Shown one piece after another: positions 52,271 through 64,000 of a stretch of 64,000 nucleotides of DNA. The DNA comes from Octopus bimaculoides. Lineage: Eukaryota. The notes under the pieces were generated by a model. That model saw nothing but the letters and a program-made list of their open reading frames with translations, was not told the origin of the DNA and made no database searches. The stretch lies in contig NC_068984.1 in the NCBI RefSeq assembly GCF_001194135.2, positions 42,607,309-42,671,308 of the forward strand, written 5' to 3'. Made by a program: the position numbers and the translations under genes. Position 1 is the first letter of the stretch; each line of letters opens with the position of its first letter.

Positions 52271-55200
52271 TAAAGAAATGGAGTTAAGCACAAGTGTCAT
52301 TCATATCTTTATACTTCCGACATATGTTTCGAAGTAAACATTGCGATTATTCTAGACAGAATAAAATGATGTAAAACAATGCGATCTGCTCATCAAGGAG
52401 AAAGAAAAGAGAAACAAAACACACCAATAAGCCATTTTAATCGAATGTGATTACTGTATAGATGATGAAGGGAAAGCTGGTAAGTTATTTAAAAAAAAAA
52501 AACCTAAATAGACTTAACGTCAAAGGAAATTTAAAGAAAGAGAAGGAGGAGAAAGAAACAAATTAGCAGATAACTAAGAGTGGAGAAATATAGTGCGATA
52601 GGTGAATGGGAATACAGCTTAAAGGTGTGGAAATAGATATATTTAGTGAAAAGGAAATGTAAAATGACAGTTAAAAGTCGAATTTTATAGATTGGTAGAA
52701 ATTACTTATAGGAACTAAAGGTATGTTTTTGCCAATGTTTGCAAGGATAAACACGTTCTATAAACGTGTTTACAAGAGAAATCTCTGAGAACAAGATAAG
52801 ATACAATTCTTCGTTACAGAGCGGACAAAATGATTTACCTTTATCATATGGAAAGGACCTAGACAGAATATTCCATTCCAAATCAAATTGTTTATTATAT
52901 ATATATANNNNNNNNNNNNNNNNNNNNNNNNNNNNNNNNNNNNNNNNNNNNNNNNNNNNNNNNNNNNNNNNNNNNNNNNNNNNNNNNNNNNNNNNNNNNN
53001 NNNNNNNNNNNNNNNNNNNNNNNNNNNNNNNNNNNNNNNNNNNNNNNNNNNNNNNNNNNNNNNNNNNNNNNNNNNNNNNNNNNNNNNNNNNNNNNNNNNN
53101 NNNNNNNNNNNNNNNNNNNNNNNNNNNNNNNNNNNNNNNNNNNNNNNNNNNNNNNNNNNNNNNNNNNNNNNNNNNNNNNNNNNNNNNNNNNNNNNNNNNN
53201 NNNNNNNNNNNNNNNNNNNNNNNNNNNNNNNNNNNNNNNNNNNNNNNNNNNNNNNNNNNNNNNNNNNNNNNNNNNNNNNNNNNNNNNNNNNNNNNNNNNN
53301 NNNNNNNNNNNNNNNNNNNNNNNNNNNNNNNNNNNNNNNNNNNNNNNNNNNNNNNNNNNNNNNNNNNNNNNNNNNNNTATATATATATATATATATATTG
53401 CTTGCGTCACAATTTTTTAAAAACGAGAGAACATGTAATACTTTGTATTTTTTATGAAGGTTGAACTCGAACCTATAAATATCTGCATACATGCATATAT
53501 TTATATGTATTTATGCATATATACATAGATGTTTGTATGCATGTGTGTGCACATATATCGTCTATGATATGATTCCTTGCATACATCTAAATATCTAACT
53601 CAATGAATCCTATAAGTCACTCAATTTCTGATGTACTTAGTTCCTGTTAAATATATGTCTCATATCAGACAATGGAAGAAATCTAAACGACAAGGTCGAT
53701 AATTGTTGTTAATTTATATCAGGTGAAGAACATTAAAGCACCATATACATGTGTATGTGTGTGTATGCAAGCATGTATGTGTCTATTTATTATCTATACG
53801 TAGTGTGTCTTGTCTGAACAATTAGACATACGACTACCAATGCTATGTTTAGAGCTCCACGTAGAAGACTTCTGTATTTAATATTACTAGTTATGAAATA
53901 TAGAACAATGTAGATATATATTTAGACCTTTCTTAAAACATGTTAACGTTTCTGCTGTACGCTTCGTACAAATTAACAAAGAGGTTTTTACTACCTGCTT
54001 GAAATAACCAAAACCGTCTCGACACAATACCATTTCGCCGTAACTAAGATTGTTAGGTTCACCTACACCTAAATACATTACGTCAACAAAAATAAAACAT
54101 AAGATCAACGTCGAATACACTTTGATAATTTGTCTTGTGCAGTCAGAGCTCAACTGACCTTGCGCCAGAATGACAAGGAACTAATGCAAACATACACATG
54201 CACGCATACCTCGTATTTTCTGAGTTCTAACTAAACCAGCAAAGCAATTTGATCTGATGTATTTTCTCTTTTATTAAATGTCTTCTATTTTATAAATGAA
54301 AGTAACTGTTTATTGGAATTCGTTTGGTTACAAATAGTTTAATTTGTATATATATATTCTCTTTTCAGACTCATTCAGTTGCCAGTGTTCCAGAAGAAAT
54401 TAATCGCATGTCACGGAACAGTTTTTCTCCTCTTTCCACTCATCTGATTTTATGATGACTTCAGAGTAAAATGACAATATAAAACCACCCCACCGAGAAA
54501 CAAACACAGCTATGAGTTATAGAGAAAACAATATATAAATCAAAAGACCTGTAAAAACAGATCTTTTCTTATATATACATTCATACAAGACTCGAGGTTG
54601 CAGTGGAAAATCGACGTAGAGAGTGTTTGAAAGAGGGGGGAAAACAAATGGGAACACGATGCATGATAGTTAAAAAGAAAATCAATTAAAAGATTAAAAG
54701 CGAAAAAAAATGGAGGAAATGAGCTGAAACAGAAAGGAGAATGTAAAGGAAAACAATACCTCTGCCTTCAACTAAGTCAGCAGAAATAATANNNNNNNNN
54801 NNNNNNNNNNNNNNNNNNNNNNNNNNNNNNNNNNNNNNNNNNNNNNNNNNNNNNNNNNNNNNNNNNNNNNNNNNNNNNNNNNNNNNNNNNNNNNNNNNNN
54901 NNNNNNNNNNNNNNNNNNNNNNNNNNNNNNNNNNNNNNNNNNNNNNNNNNNNNNNNNNNNNNNNNNNNNNNNNNNNNNNNNNNNNNNNNNNNNNNNNNNN
55001 NNNNNNNNNNNNNNNNNNNNNNNNNNNNNNNNNNNNNNNNNNNNNNNNNNNNNNNNNNNNNNNNNNNNNNNNNNNNNNNNNNNNNNNNNNNNNNNNNNNN
55101 NNNNNNNNNNNNNNNNNNNNNNNNNNNNNNNNNNNNNNNNNNNNNNNNNNNNNNNNNNNNNNNNNNNNNNNNNNNNNNNNNNNNNNNNNNNNNNNNNNNN

Positions 55201-57009
55201 NNNNNNNNNNNNNNNNNNNNNNNNNNNNNNNNNNNNNNNNNNNNNNNNNNNNNNNNNNNNNNNNNNNNNNNNNNNNNNNNNNNNNNNNNNNNNNNNNNNN
55301 NNNNNNNNNNNNNNNNNNNNNNNNNNNNNNNNNNNNNNNNNNNNNNNNNNNNNNNNNNNNNNNNNNNNNNNNNNNNNNNNNNNNNNNNNNNNNNNNNNNN
55401 NNNNNNNNNNNNNNNNNNNNNNNNNNNNNNNNNNNNNNNNNNNNNNNNNNNNNNNNNNNNNNNNNNNNNNNNNNNNNNNNNNNNNNNNNNNNNNNNNNNN
55501 NNNNNNNNNNNNNNNNNNNNNNNNNATATATATATATATATTTATATATATATATATATATATATACATATATAAGTGTGAGAGAGAAATTGAGATTGTA
55601 AGAAAGAAAGTGTGGATACGAATGCCTGTGAGATAATTTGTTCGAAACACATCCAGTCGACATCTCCGACTTGATTCGTATTTATAATGTAGTATATTCT
55701 GGTTGATATCTTCCTAGAACTGTACAGATTTTCTTCACCGCTATATTACGAATTTTTATTGAAAGATGATCATATGTATAAAATATTACGCAAAACTAAA
55801 TTAGAGAGACTGTGAACCAGAAAATTTATAACAAAATGGATAACATATGAATCTCTTTGATGTGAAATGACATTAGCACAAAAGAGCGGTAGAGGAAAAT
55901 GGTTTTAGTATAAATAAATAAATAAATAAATAAATAAAATAAAACAAAATACAAAACAAAAAATTTACAAAAAAGAAGGAAAGCAAAAAAGCAGAAATGA
56001 ATATAATAGAAAAATGAGTCGAGAACTATTTGTTATGCACCCTTTTATTGATATTCATATAGACATATATGCGGAAAAATGTATAAAAATACAAACATAC
56101 ACATATAGACACATGCATGAGATATGTGTACTCGCCAACACACACACACAAACGTGCTCATATGAATGTGTANNNNNNNNNNNNNNNNNNNNNNNNNNNN
56201 NNNNNNNNNNNNNNNNNNNNNNNNNNNNNNNNNNNNNNNNNNNNNNNNNNNNNNNNNNNNNNNNNNNNNNNNNNNNNNNNNNNNNNNNNNNNNNNNNNNN
56301 NNNNNNNNNNNNNNNNNNNNNNNNNNNNNNNNNNNNNNNNNNNNNNNNNNNNNNNNNNNNNNNNNNNNNNNNNNNNNNNNNNNNNNNNNNNNNNNNNNNN
56401 NNNNNNNNNNNNNNNNNNNNNNNNNNNNNNNNNNNNNNNNNNNNNNNNNNNNNNNNNNNNNNNNNNNNNNNNNNNNNNNNNNNNNNNNNNNNNNNNNNNN
56501 NNNNNNNNNNNNNNNNNNNNNNNNNNNNNNNNNNNNNNNNNNNNNNNNNNNNNNNNNNNNNNNNNNNNNNNNNNNNNNNNNNNNNNNNNNNNNNNNNNNN
56601 NNNNNNNNNNNNNNNNNNNNNNNNNNNNNNNNNNNNNNNNNNNNNNNNNNNNNNNNNNNNNNNNNNNNNNNNNNNNNNNNNNNNNNNNNNNNNNNNNNNN
56701 NNNNNNNNNNNNNNNNNNNNNNNNNNNNNNNNNNNNNNNNNNNNNNNNNNNNNNNNNNNNNNNNNNNNNNNNNNNNNNNNNNNNNNNNNNNNNNNNNNNN
56801 NNNNNNNNNNNNNNNNNNNNNNNTATATATATATATATGCGTGTGTGAGAGTGTAGGTGTGTATGTGTACGTAATGGTATGTGTATTTTTGTACGTATTT
56901 ATGTCTGTACGATTGTCGTATATTTTATATCTGTTTTCAATAAAAAAAAATTAAAACGTCTGAATATGTTTTTTCTTAATATTGCGTATAATTTATGTTG
57001 AAAATAATT

Positions 57010-57880
57010 TAGGAGTGGTACCCAAAAGAAACCGGAATTTTGCAATGTTATTTTATTCACTTAGTTTTACATGTTTACGCTTTTATCACTTTCAACGTAT
57101 TCTGTATTTGAAACAATACGTCGGTCCAGACACGTTTTCCACTCTTCGAAGCAATGTTGGATCTCTTGCGAAGTGATGCCTTTTAACGCCTCCGCCATTT
57201 CTTTTTATTTACACCTCTTCCACATTTGCAAATTTCCTACCACCAGCTTTCAAAACCAGAGATGAGCTTCGAAAAAAAGTCCAGATGAACGTTTAACTCT
57301 TTTTTCAGTTAACGATACGCATTCAGTCGTGACTGCTTTTGCTGCAACTCTTTTCATTTACAATTCCTCGCTCATAATTCGTTGGCAAGAGCTCCAGGAC
57401 ACAGCAGTCATGTCAACAAGTTCGTCAATTTTTCGTTGATGGTCCTCCAAGATCACTTCATGAGTTTTCATGATGTTTTCATTCGTTCAGGAGGTTGATG
57501 TTTGCCTTGAACGCGTTTGGCCTTCAAGCAACAAGTGGCCATCGCTAAAGCGTGAAAACCACTTGTAAATTTGTCTTGCTCATGGCAGCGCCTTTGTGAG
57601 CTGTCTGAAGCATGACAACTGTTTCGGCTAAGGTTTTCTCCAACAGGAAACAGAATTTCACGGAAGCACGCTGTTCCTTCGTTTCGAGCATCGTAAAAAT
57701 CGAGGAACAGGTGAGAAGTAATGCAAAACGAAGGCGCATCACATAGTAGTACGCCTTCATCCGGAAACACCGTCAGCAGACTAATGCCTGAGGGTCACCT
57801 CAAGCCGCTTTTAGCAGCTGAGGGCTGAACTACAACAGCCTTCTCCCACAGAGAACCGTTCCGGTATCTACACCTATGTA
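57010..57880 (-). mobile_element. Internally deleted mariner transposon (second subfamily)
   Basis: N-terminus MLETKEQRASVKFCFLLEKTLAETVVMLQTA from 57691. KRVAAK is followed after a deletion by a C-terminal remnant (..CFEEWKTCLDRRIVSNTEYVESD). Partial inverted termini share CCGGAA. Confidence 0.8.
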
Positions 57881-57912
57881 AATACACAGTCACACTCACA
57901 CAAACCTACATA

Positions 57913-58094
57913 GGCGCAGGAGTGGCTGTGTGCTATGAAGCATGCTTCCAAACCACATGGTTCTGGCCGCAGTCCCACTGCGTGGAACCTTGAGCAGCTG
58001 TCTTCTACTATAGCCTCGGGCCGATCAAAAATTTTTGAATAGTTGAGATAGACAGAAACTGAAAGAAGCCCGTCGTATATATATGTATATATAT
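57913..58094 (+). mobile_element. 5' half of a family-B SINE
   Basis: GGCGCAGGAGTGGCTGTGTG...CAGTCCCACTGCGTGG...GTCTTCTACTATAGCCTCGGGCCGA...GAAACTGAAAGAAGCCCGTCG, then (TA)n. The 3' half is absent. Confidence 0.88.
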
Positions 58095-58129
58095 CCAAGG
58101 TTTCAAATTTGTATATTTAAAAAGGATAG

Positions 58130-58440
58130 AGACTTTCAACACGCCCGATTTTTTTCATTTATTTAATTATTTACCATTCGATGTCAACATTTCTGTGCTC
58201 AACTCTATCCAACGACTGATCCGTTGGATGTCTGACGTTTGGCACTTCCTCAGGAATGGCTTCCATTAGAACAAATGACCCAAAAACACAATTATCGATC
58301 AGAGTAATTTTTAAATGTACAAATTTGAAACCTTGGAAATATAAACAATGAGAACGATCCTTAAGGAATCTAATCAATGATCCTTTGGGGTGAAGTCTTA
58401 TGCTATATTGGTAACGATTACAAAATTTACTGGAAAAAAA
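58130..58440 (-). mobile_element. Possible C-terminal remnant of a maT-like Tc1/mariner transposase
   Basis: Frameshifted remnants DFTPKD...FLKDR (cf. PDLTPLDF..W..LKD.VY) and EAIPEEV...AQKC.DIE. Confidence 0.4.
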
Positions 58441-58868
58441 AAAAAAAAAAANNNNNNNNNNNNNNNNNNNNNNNNNNNNNNNNNNNNNNNNNNNNNNNNN
58501 NNNNNNNNNNNNNNNNNNNNNNNNNNNNNNNNNNNNNNNNNNNNNNNNNNNNNNNNNNNNNNNNNNNNNNNNNNNNNNNNNNNNNNNNNNNNNNNNNNNN
58601 NNNNNNNNNNNNNNNNNNNNNNNNNNNNNNNNNNNNNNNNNNNNNNNNNNNNNNNNNNNNNNNNNNNNNNNNNNNNNNNNNNNNNNNNNNNNNNNNNNNN
58701 NNNNNNNNNNNNNNNNNNNNNNNNNNNNNNNNNNNNNNNNNNNNNNNNNNNNNNNNNNNNNNNNNNNNNNNNNNNNNNNNNNNNNNNNNNNNNNNNNNNN
58801 NNNNNNNNNNNNNNNNNNNNNNNNNNNNNNNNNNNNNNNNNNNNNNNNNNNNNNNNNNNNNNNNNNNN

Positions 58869-58902
<34 letters not shown>

Positions 58903-60164
58903 CAGTAAATATATAATACAACTTCCAGGGACCAAAGTGGTTTATTGAGACGGAATGTTGCGGATTTTTTCGTATCGGATTATGATAAACAGAAAAAAGT
59001 TCTTTTCATATTTGAGATAGGCGACCAGGGTTGCCGGGTCTGAGAATAAGAATACAAGAGTTAAGAAATGGAGTAGATAAGTTCCAGGTTACATATGTTT
59101 CATAGCGAGCGGAACCTCAGAAGGGATAAATATCCAAGCGGGGTGCATACTGCTGCCTACTTTTCAGGCCAAGGATACCTTAATTGAATGAAAGTTTACA
59201 TTGTCACAAGGACGTACATGTTGACACATGGAAGATTCAAGCAGAATGTGTAGAGAGCACAGTAGGGGAGGAGAATATAAATGTAGAGAGAAATAAAGAT
59301 TAAAAGAATGAAAAAAGAAAAAAATATATATAACGCAGTGAGAGGAATTAGGAATTTAAGCAACGTCATCTGATCGGTAGTATTCAATAGGGCTATTTTG
59401 GCTGAATCACAGAAATTAGCAAGGGAAGTGGTATTTGAAACAAACAAAGATAATGTGGAGGGGAGAGGGTGGGGAAATATTTTTGATCTGGAGAGAAAAA
59501 AGTGTGCAAGAAGAAAGCAAGAGAGAATGAGGGATTTAAGCACGGTCATTTGGCCGAATCACAGAAATTAACAAAGGGTGTGGTATTAGAAAAAATAACG
59601 TAGAAGGAAGAGGGCGGAGAAAGGTTTTTAGTCGGTGGGGAGAAAAAATATATATGGATGAAGAAATCAAGACAGAATGGAGAAGAATCGTGGCGGCTAC
59701 TACTAGTTTTCAATTTAGGAATGTATATTGTGTGCGGTGAGCGTGTTTACAGTATGAAGTAGTAGATGTGTATGTACTTGTAAGTTTACGAAGGAAAGGA
59801 GGTAGGTGAAATAAGAGAAAAGAAAATTTTAAATTGTAAGGGAAAATATAGATAGGCGTATGTAAATGACAATAAGGAATTAAAGGGAAGATATATTGTT
59901 GGTTTAATCAAGATATCCATGGCCTGAAGTGCAGCTTGCGGTATACACAACGCTTGGATATTTACCACTTCTGAGGTTCCTCTCACAATGAAACATATGT
60001 AGCCCGGATCTTATCAACTCCATTCATTAACTCTTCTTTGTATATATATATATATACACACTCACACATATGTGTGTGTGTGTACTATATCTCAACAATT
60101 ATATACACATATTGAATAATTATGTCATTGTTAATTAAAATACATCTCATTTGCAATATCCACT

Positions 60165-60450
60165 AGAATCTACAAAGAAGCACTGACTATCACTTTTTCC
60201 AGGCATTAGGCAACATTTTGCAAGGAAAAAATTTCAAATCTGAAGATGCAAAACCAGCCTTTCTTGATTTCATCACCTCTTGCTCTCCAGAATTCTTCGC
60301 TGCCGGCATAAATAAGCTACCGATAAAATGGCAAAATTGTGTTGATAATTTAGGTGCATACTTTGATTAACTGCAGTGCATTTTGTTGAGATAAAGTAAA
60401 ATAAACTGTTAGATCAAAATTGGATATCTCATACTTAATGACTTGATAAT
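60165..60450 (+). mobile_element. 3' fragment of a third mariner subfamily with terminal repeat
   Basis: Translates TDYHFFQALGNILQGKNF...GINKLPIKWQNCVDNLGAYFD*, followed by a TIR-like CATACTTAATGACTTGATA. Confidence 0.8.
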
Positions 60451-60459
60451 AAAGAATAG

Positions 60460-60965
60460 TACAATTAATCGTTTCGATAATGAGCTGCACTGTATTGTAA
60501 TTCAGGTTCCCAGTATATGTAATTGTGGCAGTTAATGCAGCCATTTAATTTAGATATAGCCTTGTCGCTACAAATAATTTTCGTTAGAAAACGTGGATCT
60601 TCTACACATCTTGCCAAATACTACTCGCAAAACTCCACACTTCTCATTGAGAGCATTAACTATACTTGGAAGGCAACTTCTTTAATGACTGCGATTCAAC
60701 AGTGCGATGGACGTGCGATTCCTTTATCACCACTCGTTTGCCACACATATTTTGTTAAACTCTGCCAATACATTTCTTGTTTCGAGGGAGTCATCGATGT
60801 CCGTGGACTTCTGAGTTTTTTCTTGTGGATATTTTGCACAGTTCCATCAGGTTCAAACTCATATCTATAACGAATGATTATAAGTGACGTAGATAGATCT
60901 GTTTCCCTCTTAAACTGTCCTTCGACTGCCTTTTCAAAGTTCCCGGAATTCCAACAACGTTTCAT
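60460..60965 (-). mobile_element. N-terminal half of a maT-like (Tc1/mariner superfamily) transposase, decayed
   Basis: ORF 60696-60965 has EFEPDGTVQNIHKKKLRSPRTS. A downstream frame gives [42 protein letters not shown] (cf. WSDEA.FKLNG.VN.HNC.YW, first catalytic Asp). Confidence 0.7.
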
Positions 60966-60994
60966 GGTTTGCTACCTCAACAGCTCCTTTTATA

Positions 60995-62570
60995 GGATCC
61001 AGTGGCTAAAGACATCCTCAGGAGGAACCACGTCCGGTTTCGGCCCTTAATCCTTTACGGTCTCTGACGTGGCGCCCCTCCCTCGCTTTCGGAGGTGTCT
61101 TGAGCTCTGGTGTTGAGTGCATTTCTTCTTTCTCCTTCTTTCTTCTGCTCCCTGAACTCTTCGAAGCAGCGCCAACGAGTGTCAGCGGGCGACTGACCAT
61201 CCTTCGCTAGTAGGCTCCAACAGCCAGCACCAGCTAGTTGTCACGTGACGCTGTCTAAACTTCAACTGACCAATGGAAGGGAAGGGCGCGTAATCTTAGC
61301 TCGCGCCTTCTCTAAACCTGCCTTGCAACAGTGTCGTATTAGTTTCAGTTCCAGTAGTCAGAGTAGACTGGCTGCTTGGTGGTACAAGCCTTCGAACAAG
61401 GAGAGGGCACCATGAACGAGACCGCTACCTGTCAACCGGCGGTGCTGCTTGAGTCTCAGCCAATCTCACCTAGCGATGCTATTTCCCAGCCGGCATGATA
61501 TGGCTTTCAAGCCATTTTTGGTCTTCTCGCTTCAGCCATATATAGAAGCTAACTTTTTCGACTGCCTCCTGTATCCTTCTTATTACTTTTCTCAGCTCTG
61601 AGCTCGAAAATACAAACCTTCTTTTGAATAACGTTGTCATTTTCCTTTCAATGAAGCCTCTAACCCCCACTGCTGGGTGGTAATACTCGACAGTCCATCC
61701 CTGTTCTCTGCATTCATCGATTAATTTTTCGTACCTCTTCTCCTTCCATTGCTCTGCATTAGCGATGTTCTCTTCCCATGGCACTGTCAGCTCTAGCAAA
61801 ATTTCAATTCTCCGTTCTGTGTTCCATAGGATTAAGTCTGGTCTTTTTATCGTTTTCATGAGTGTAAATATTAAGTCTTTCCAAATCCGTAGCCAGTTCC
61901 CAGTATCCCTTCCATCTTTCGTCTGTCTCGTATATTTTATTTGAAGGCCTGGTCTTATGTCCTTTTCTCTCCTTCTGGAAGTATATTTTTCTGCGCTTTC
62001 CACTTTTGGGTACTCTCCCCTAATATATCCCTCGATCTTCACCTTGAGTGCTGCGCTTATGACACCGAGCACTTCCTTGTTTAGTGTTAGCCTGCAGTTT
62101 GACAGAACATGCCTCACCGTCGCTTTCTCTCCGCATCTACATTCATCAGTTGTTTGGATGTTCCACCGGACTAAATTCGTCGGTGAAGGTAAAACGTCGA
62201 AAGTAGACTTGATCAGGAAGAATGTTCCCAAGCCTAAACTTCCTTCCAAGAGATTCTGCGACTGACTACATATTCCTCCCATCTCGGGCACTGTCCCTGT
62301 TGACTGCATTGCACCAAATGTACATTTCGCCTTTCTTCTTCCTCCTTTCTCACTTCGTGTACCACTGCCTCTTTCATCTCTTTTTCACTGTTCTTGCAAA
62401 TTGGCCTGAAATTGTGTAACCCTAGACCGGCTCTTGCTTCTTGCGCCGCTCCGACTATATCGGCGTGCCTTAGCTTTCCGATCTCCCTGTTTACTGCCTC
62501 TTCAGCATTCCATTTCCTCCCTGTTCCTTCCTTTATATCACCCCTCCCTGAAAGAAACACTGATTTAAAA
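60995..62570 (-). mobile_element. 5'-truncated RLE-type non-LTR retrotransposon, HERO-like, with long GC-rich 3' UTR
   Basis: Overlapping ORFs 62234-62560 (GRKWNAEEAV, IVG..Q..R.GLG, EVRKEEEERR, QQG..RWE) and 61479-62309 (FLIKSTFDVLPSPTNL, zinc knuckle CRCGEKATVRHVLSNC, RLE RPDLILW..ELTVPWEE, VGVRGF). One frameshift lies between them. Confidence 0.88.
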
Positions 62571-63343
62571 CTAGAATGTAATAGAACGTCACCAAATATA
62601 CCAAAGACTTTTTGTCATTTATGATTCTGAATCTCCGTCACGTTGATCTCTGCTTGAAGTAACAAGTACTCTAGAAAAAATAAAGTTTGTCCAGTAATAT
62701 GTATAAATAATATAAATCCAGTTGTTAGTATAAATACTTGTTCGTATTTTGTTTTCAGAAATACAGATTTAAGATAGACTTGCGGTGCGTAATTTTAGTA
62801 AACATACTTTTATCCTCGAGGTAGGTAATTTTTCCTTTCATGATCACGAATAATTAAAAAGAAAAAGATAAAGGAGATGACCTTGTTGTCAATATATTTT
62901 AGCTAGTCTCGAACCCTAGTCACATGAGGTTAGTTATCTAGATTCCTAGTAGCTGAGATCAGAACATTTCCCCTGAATGAGACGTCGACCCATCGAAATG
63001 TTACCTGTACACTAGAAGAAGGCTACTCATTTTTCTGGTCACACAAAGAATAAATAATAGCATATCGCTATTCATATTGTACAAAAAAAAAAACAGGGAA
63101 GAACAGGTGTTAGTTTGCCCCACTTTGCATAACAGTACAAGTGTTGGCAACAAGTAATAATTAATTAAGAAAAGCACTCGAAAGTGCATTTTTATAGAAA
63201 TGTGGCACATCAGCGCGCGTGTGTGCTATTTTTTTTTAAGCACACGCTTTTAGCTTTACTGTGTTGAAAAGTAGATTTCATGTTTAGAGTATGATTGGTT
63301 TGATTGAGGTCGGTTTTCCAGTTTCAGTGCATGCAATCTACAA

Positions 63344-63388
<45 letters not shown>

Positions 63389-63454
63389 AACTTATATCCT
63401 CTTTCAGACTGTTGACTATATATCATCAGAGATATAAAATATGGGAAGAATGGC

Positions 63455-63780
63455 TGGAATTTAGGCAAGTGTGTGACTTCTACTATAGCCACAGATCTAC
63501 CAATGCGTCAGAAGTGAATTTATTAAAAGGAAACTGCTTAGAAGCTCGTAGTATATATATTATTTGTGTGTGAGTATGTGAGTTGTGTTTGTGTTTGTCT
63601 CTTACAGCATGCCAACCAATACTGGTTTGTTTATGGCGACAGTAAAGACCGAAAGACCGACACTAAAAGTATCAAATTTAAACTAATTTCATCGAGTACC
63701 GTTTGAAAATGGTATCCCAGTATGATTGCACCCAATGATTTAAACATGTGAAATAGTAAAAACGCAAAAGCATAAATGTA
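63455..63780 (+). mobile_element. Old, degraded family-B SINE
   Basis: GGCAAGTG..CTTCTACTATAGCC and GAAACTG..AGAAGCTCGT, an internal (GT) tract, then CCAGTATG...AATGATTTAAACATGT. Confidence 0.55.
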
Positions 63781-64000
63781 TATGTGCATTCGTGTGTGGT
63801 TTTATACGATTGGAGGTATGTAAACGAAAGCTGATTGGCCAGAGCTGGAGTGAAGTAAGATCAAAATTTTAAACATTATGAAGGCCAACAACAGAATATT
63901 CTATTCATATTCATAGGGTACCAGTATAAGAGTTCACAATTTCTTGAAATATATACAACGACAAGCGGAATGTTGCTGCCATCGTCGTCGCTTCTGCCAA

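Noticed and set aside
54369-54455. Candidate + strand terminal exon THSVASVPEEINRMSRNSFSPLSTHLIL*
   Set aside because: A good acceptor only, with no motif and no link to the EGF exon that I can demonstrate.
62759-62820. Exon-like segment on + (KYRFKIDLRCVILVNILLSS); similar ones at 17088-17183 and 22167-22241 (+), 19082-19119 and near 47737-47807 (-)
   Set aside because: Splice-like boundaries are frequent in AT-rich DNA and none encodes a recognisable motif.

Overview
AT-rich animal genomic DNA from a draft scaffold with 13 N-gaps, most next to (TA)n or other microsatellites. Extreme microsatellite density and the repeat families suggest a cephalopod such as Octopus; this is inference and unverified. 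Almost all ORFs in the supplied track are microsatellite, gap or antisense artefacts. The recognisable content is mostly decayed mobile DNA: three CR1-type LINE pieces, four R4/Dong-type restriction-like-endonuclease (RLE) LINE pieces, one well-preserved HERO-like RLE LINE 3' part, three mariner remnants, maT-like and Tigger-like remnants, three tRNA-derived SINE families (A, B, C here) and one unclassified repeat (D). The only host coding sequence I can support is a 70-nt + strand exon at 28136-28205, absent from the ORF track. It encodes the end of an EGF domain with EGFR-ligand hallmarks (x-CPAGYIGERCEMIDHEY-stop) and may belong to a soluble ligand with no transmembrane segment. No rRNA, genuine tRNA or CRISPR array is supported. 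Family names come from motif recognition without database searches, and boundaries of decayed elements are approximate.
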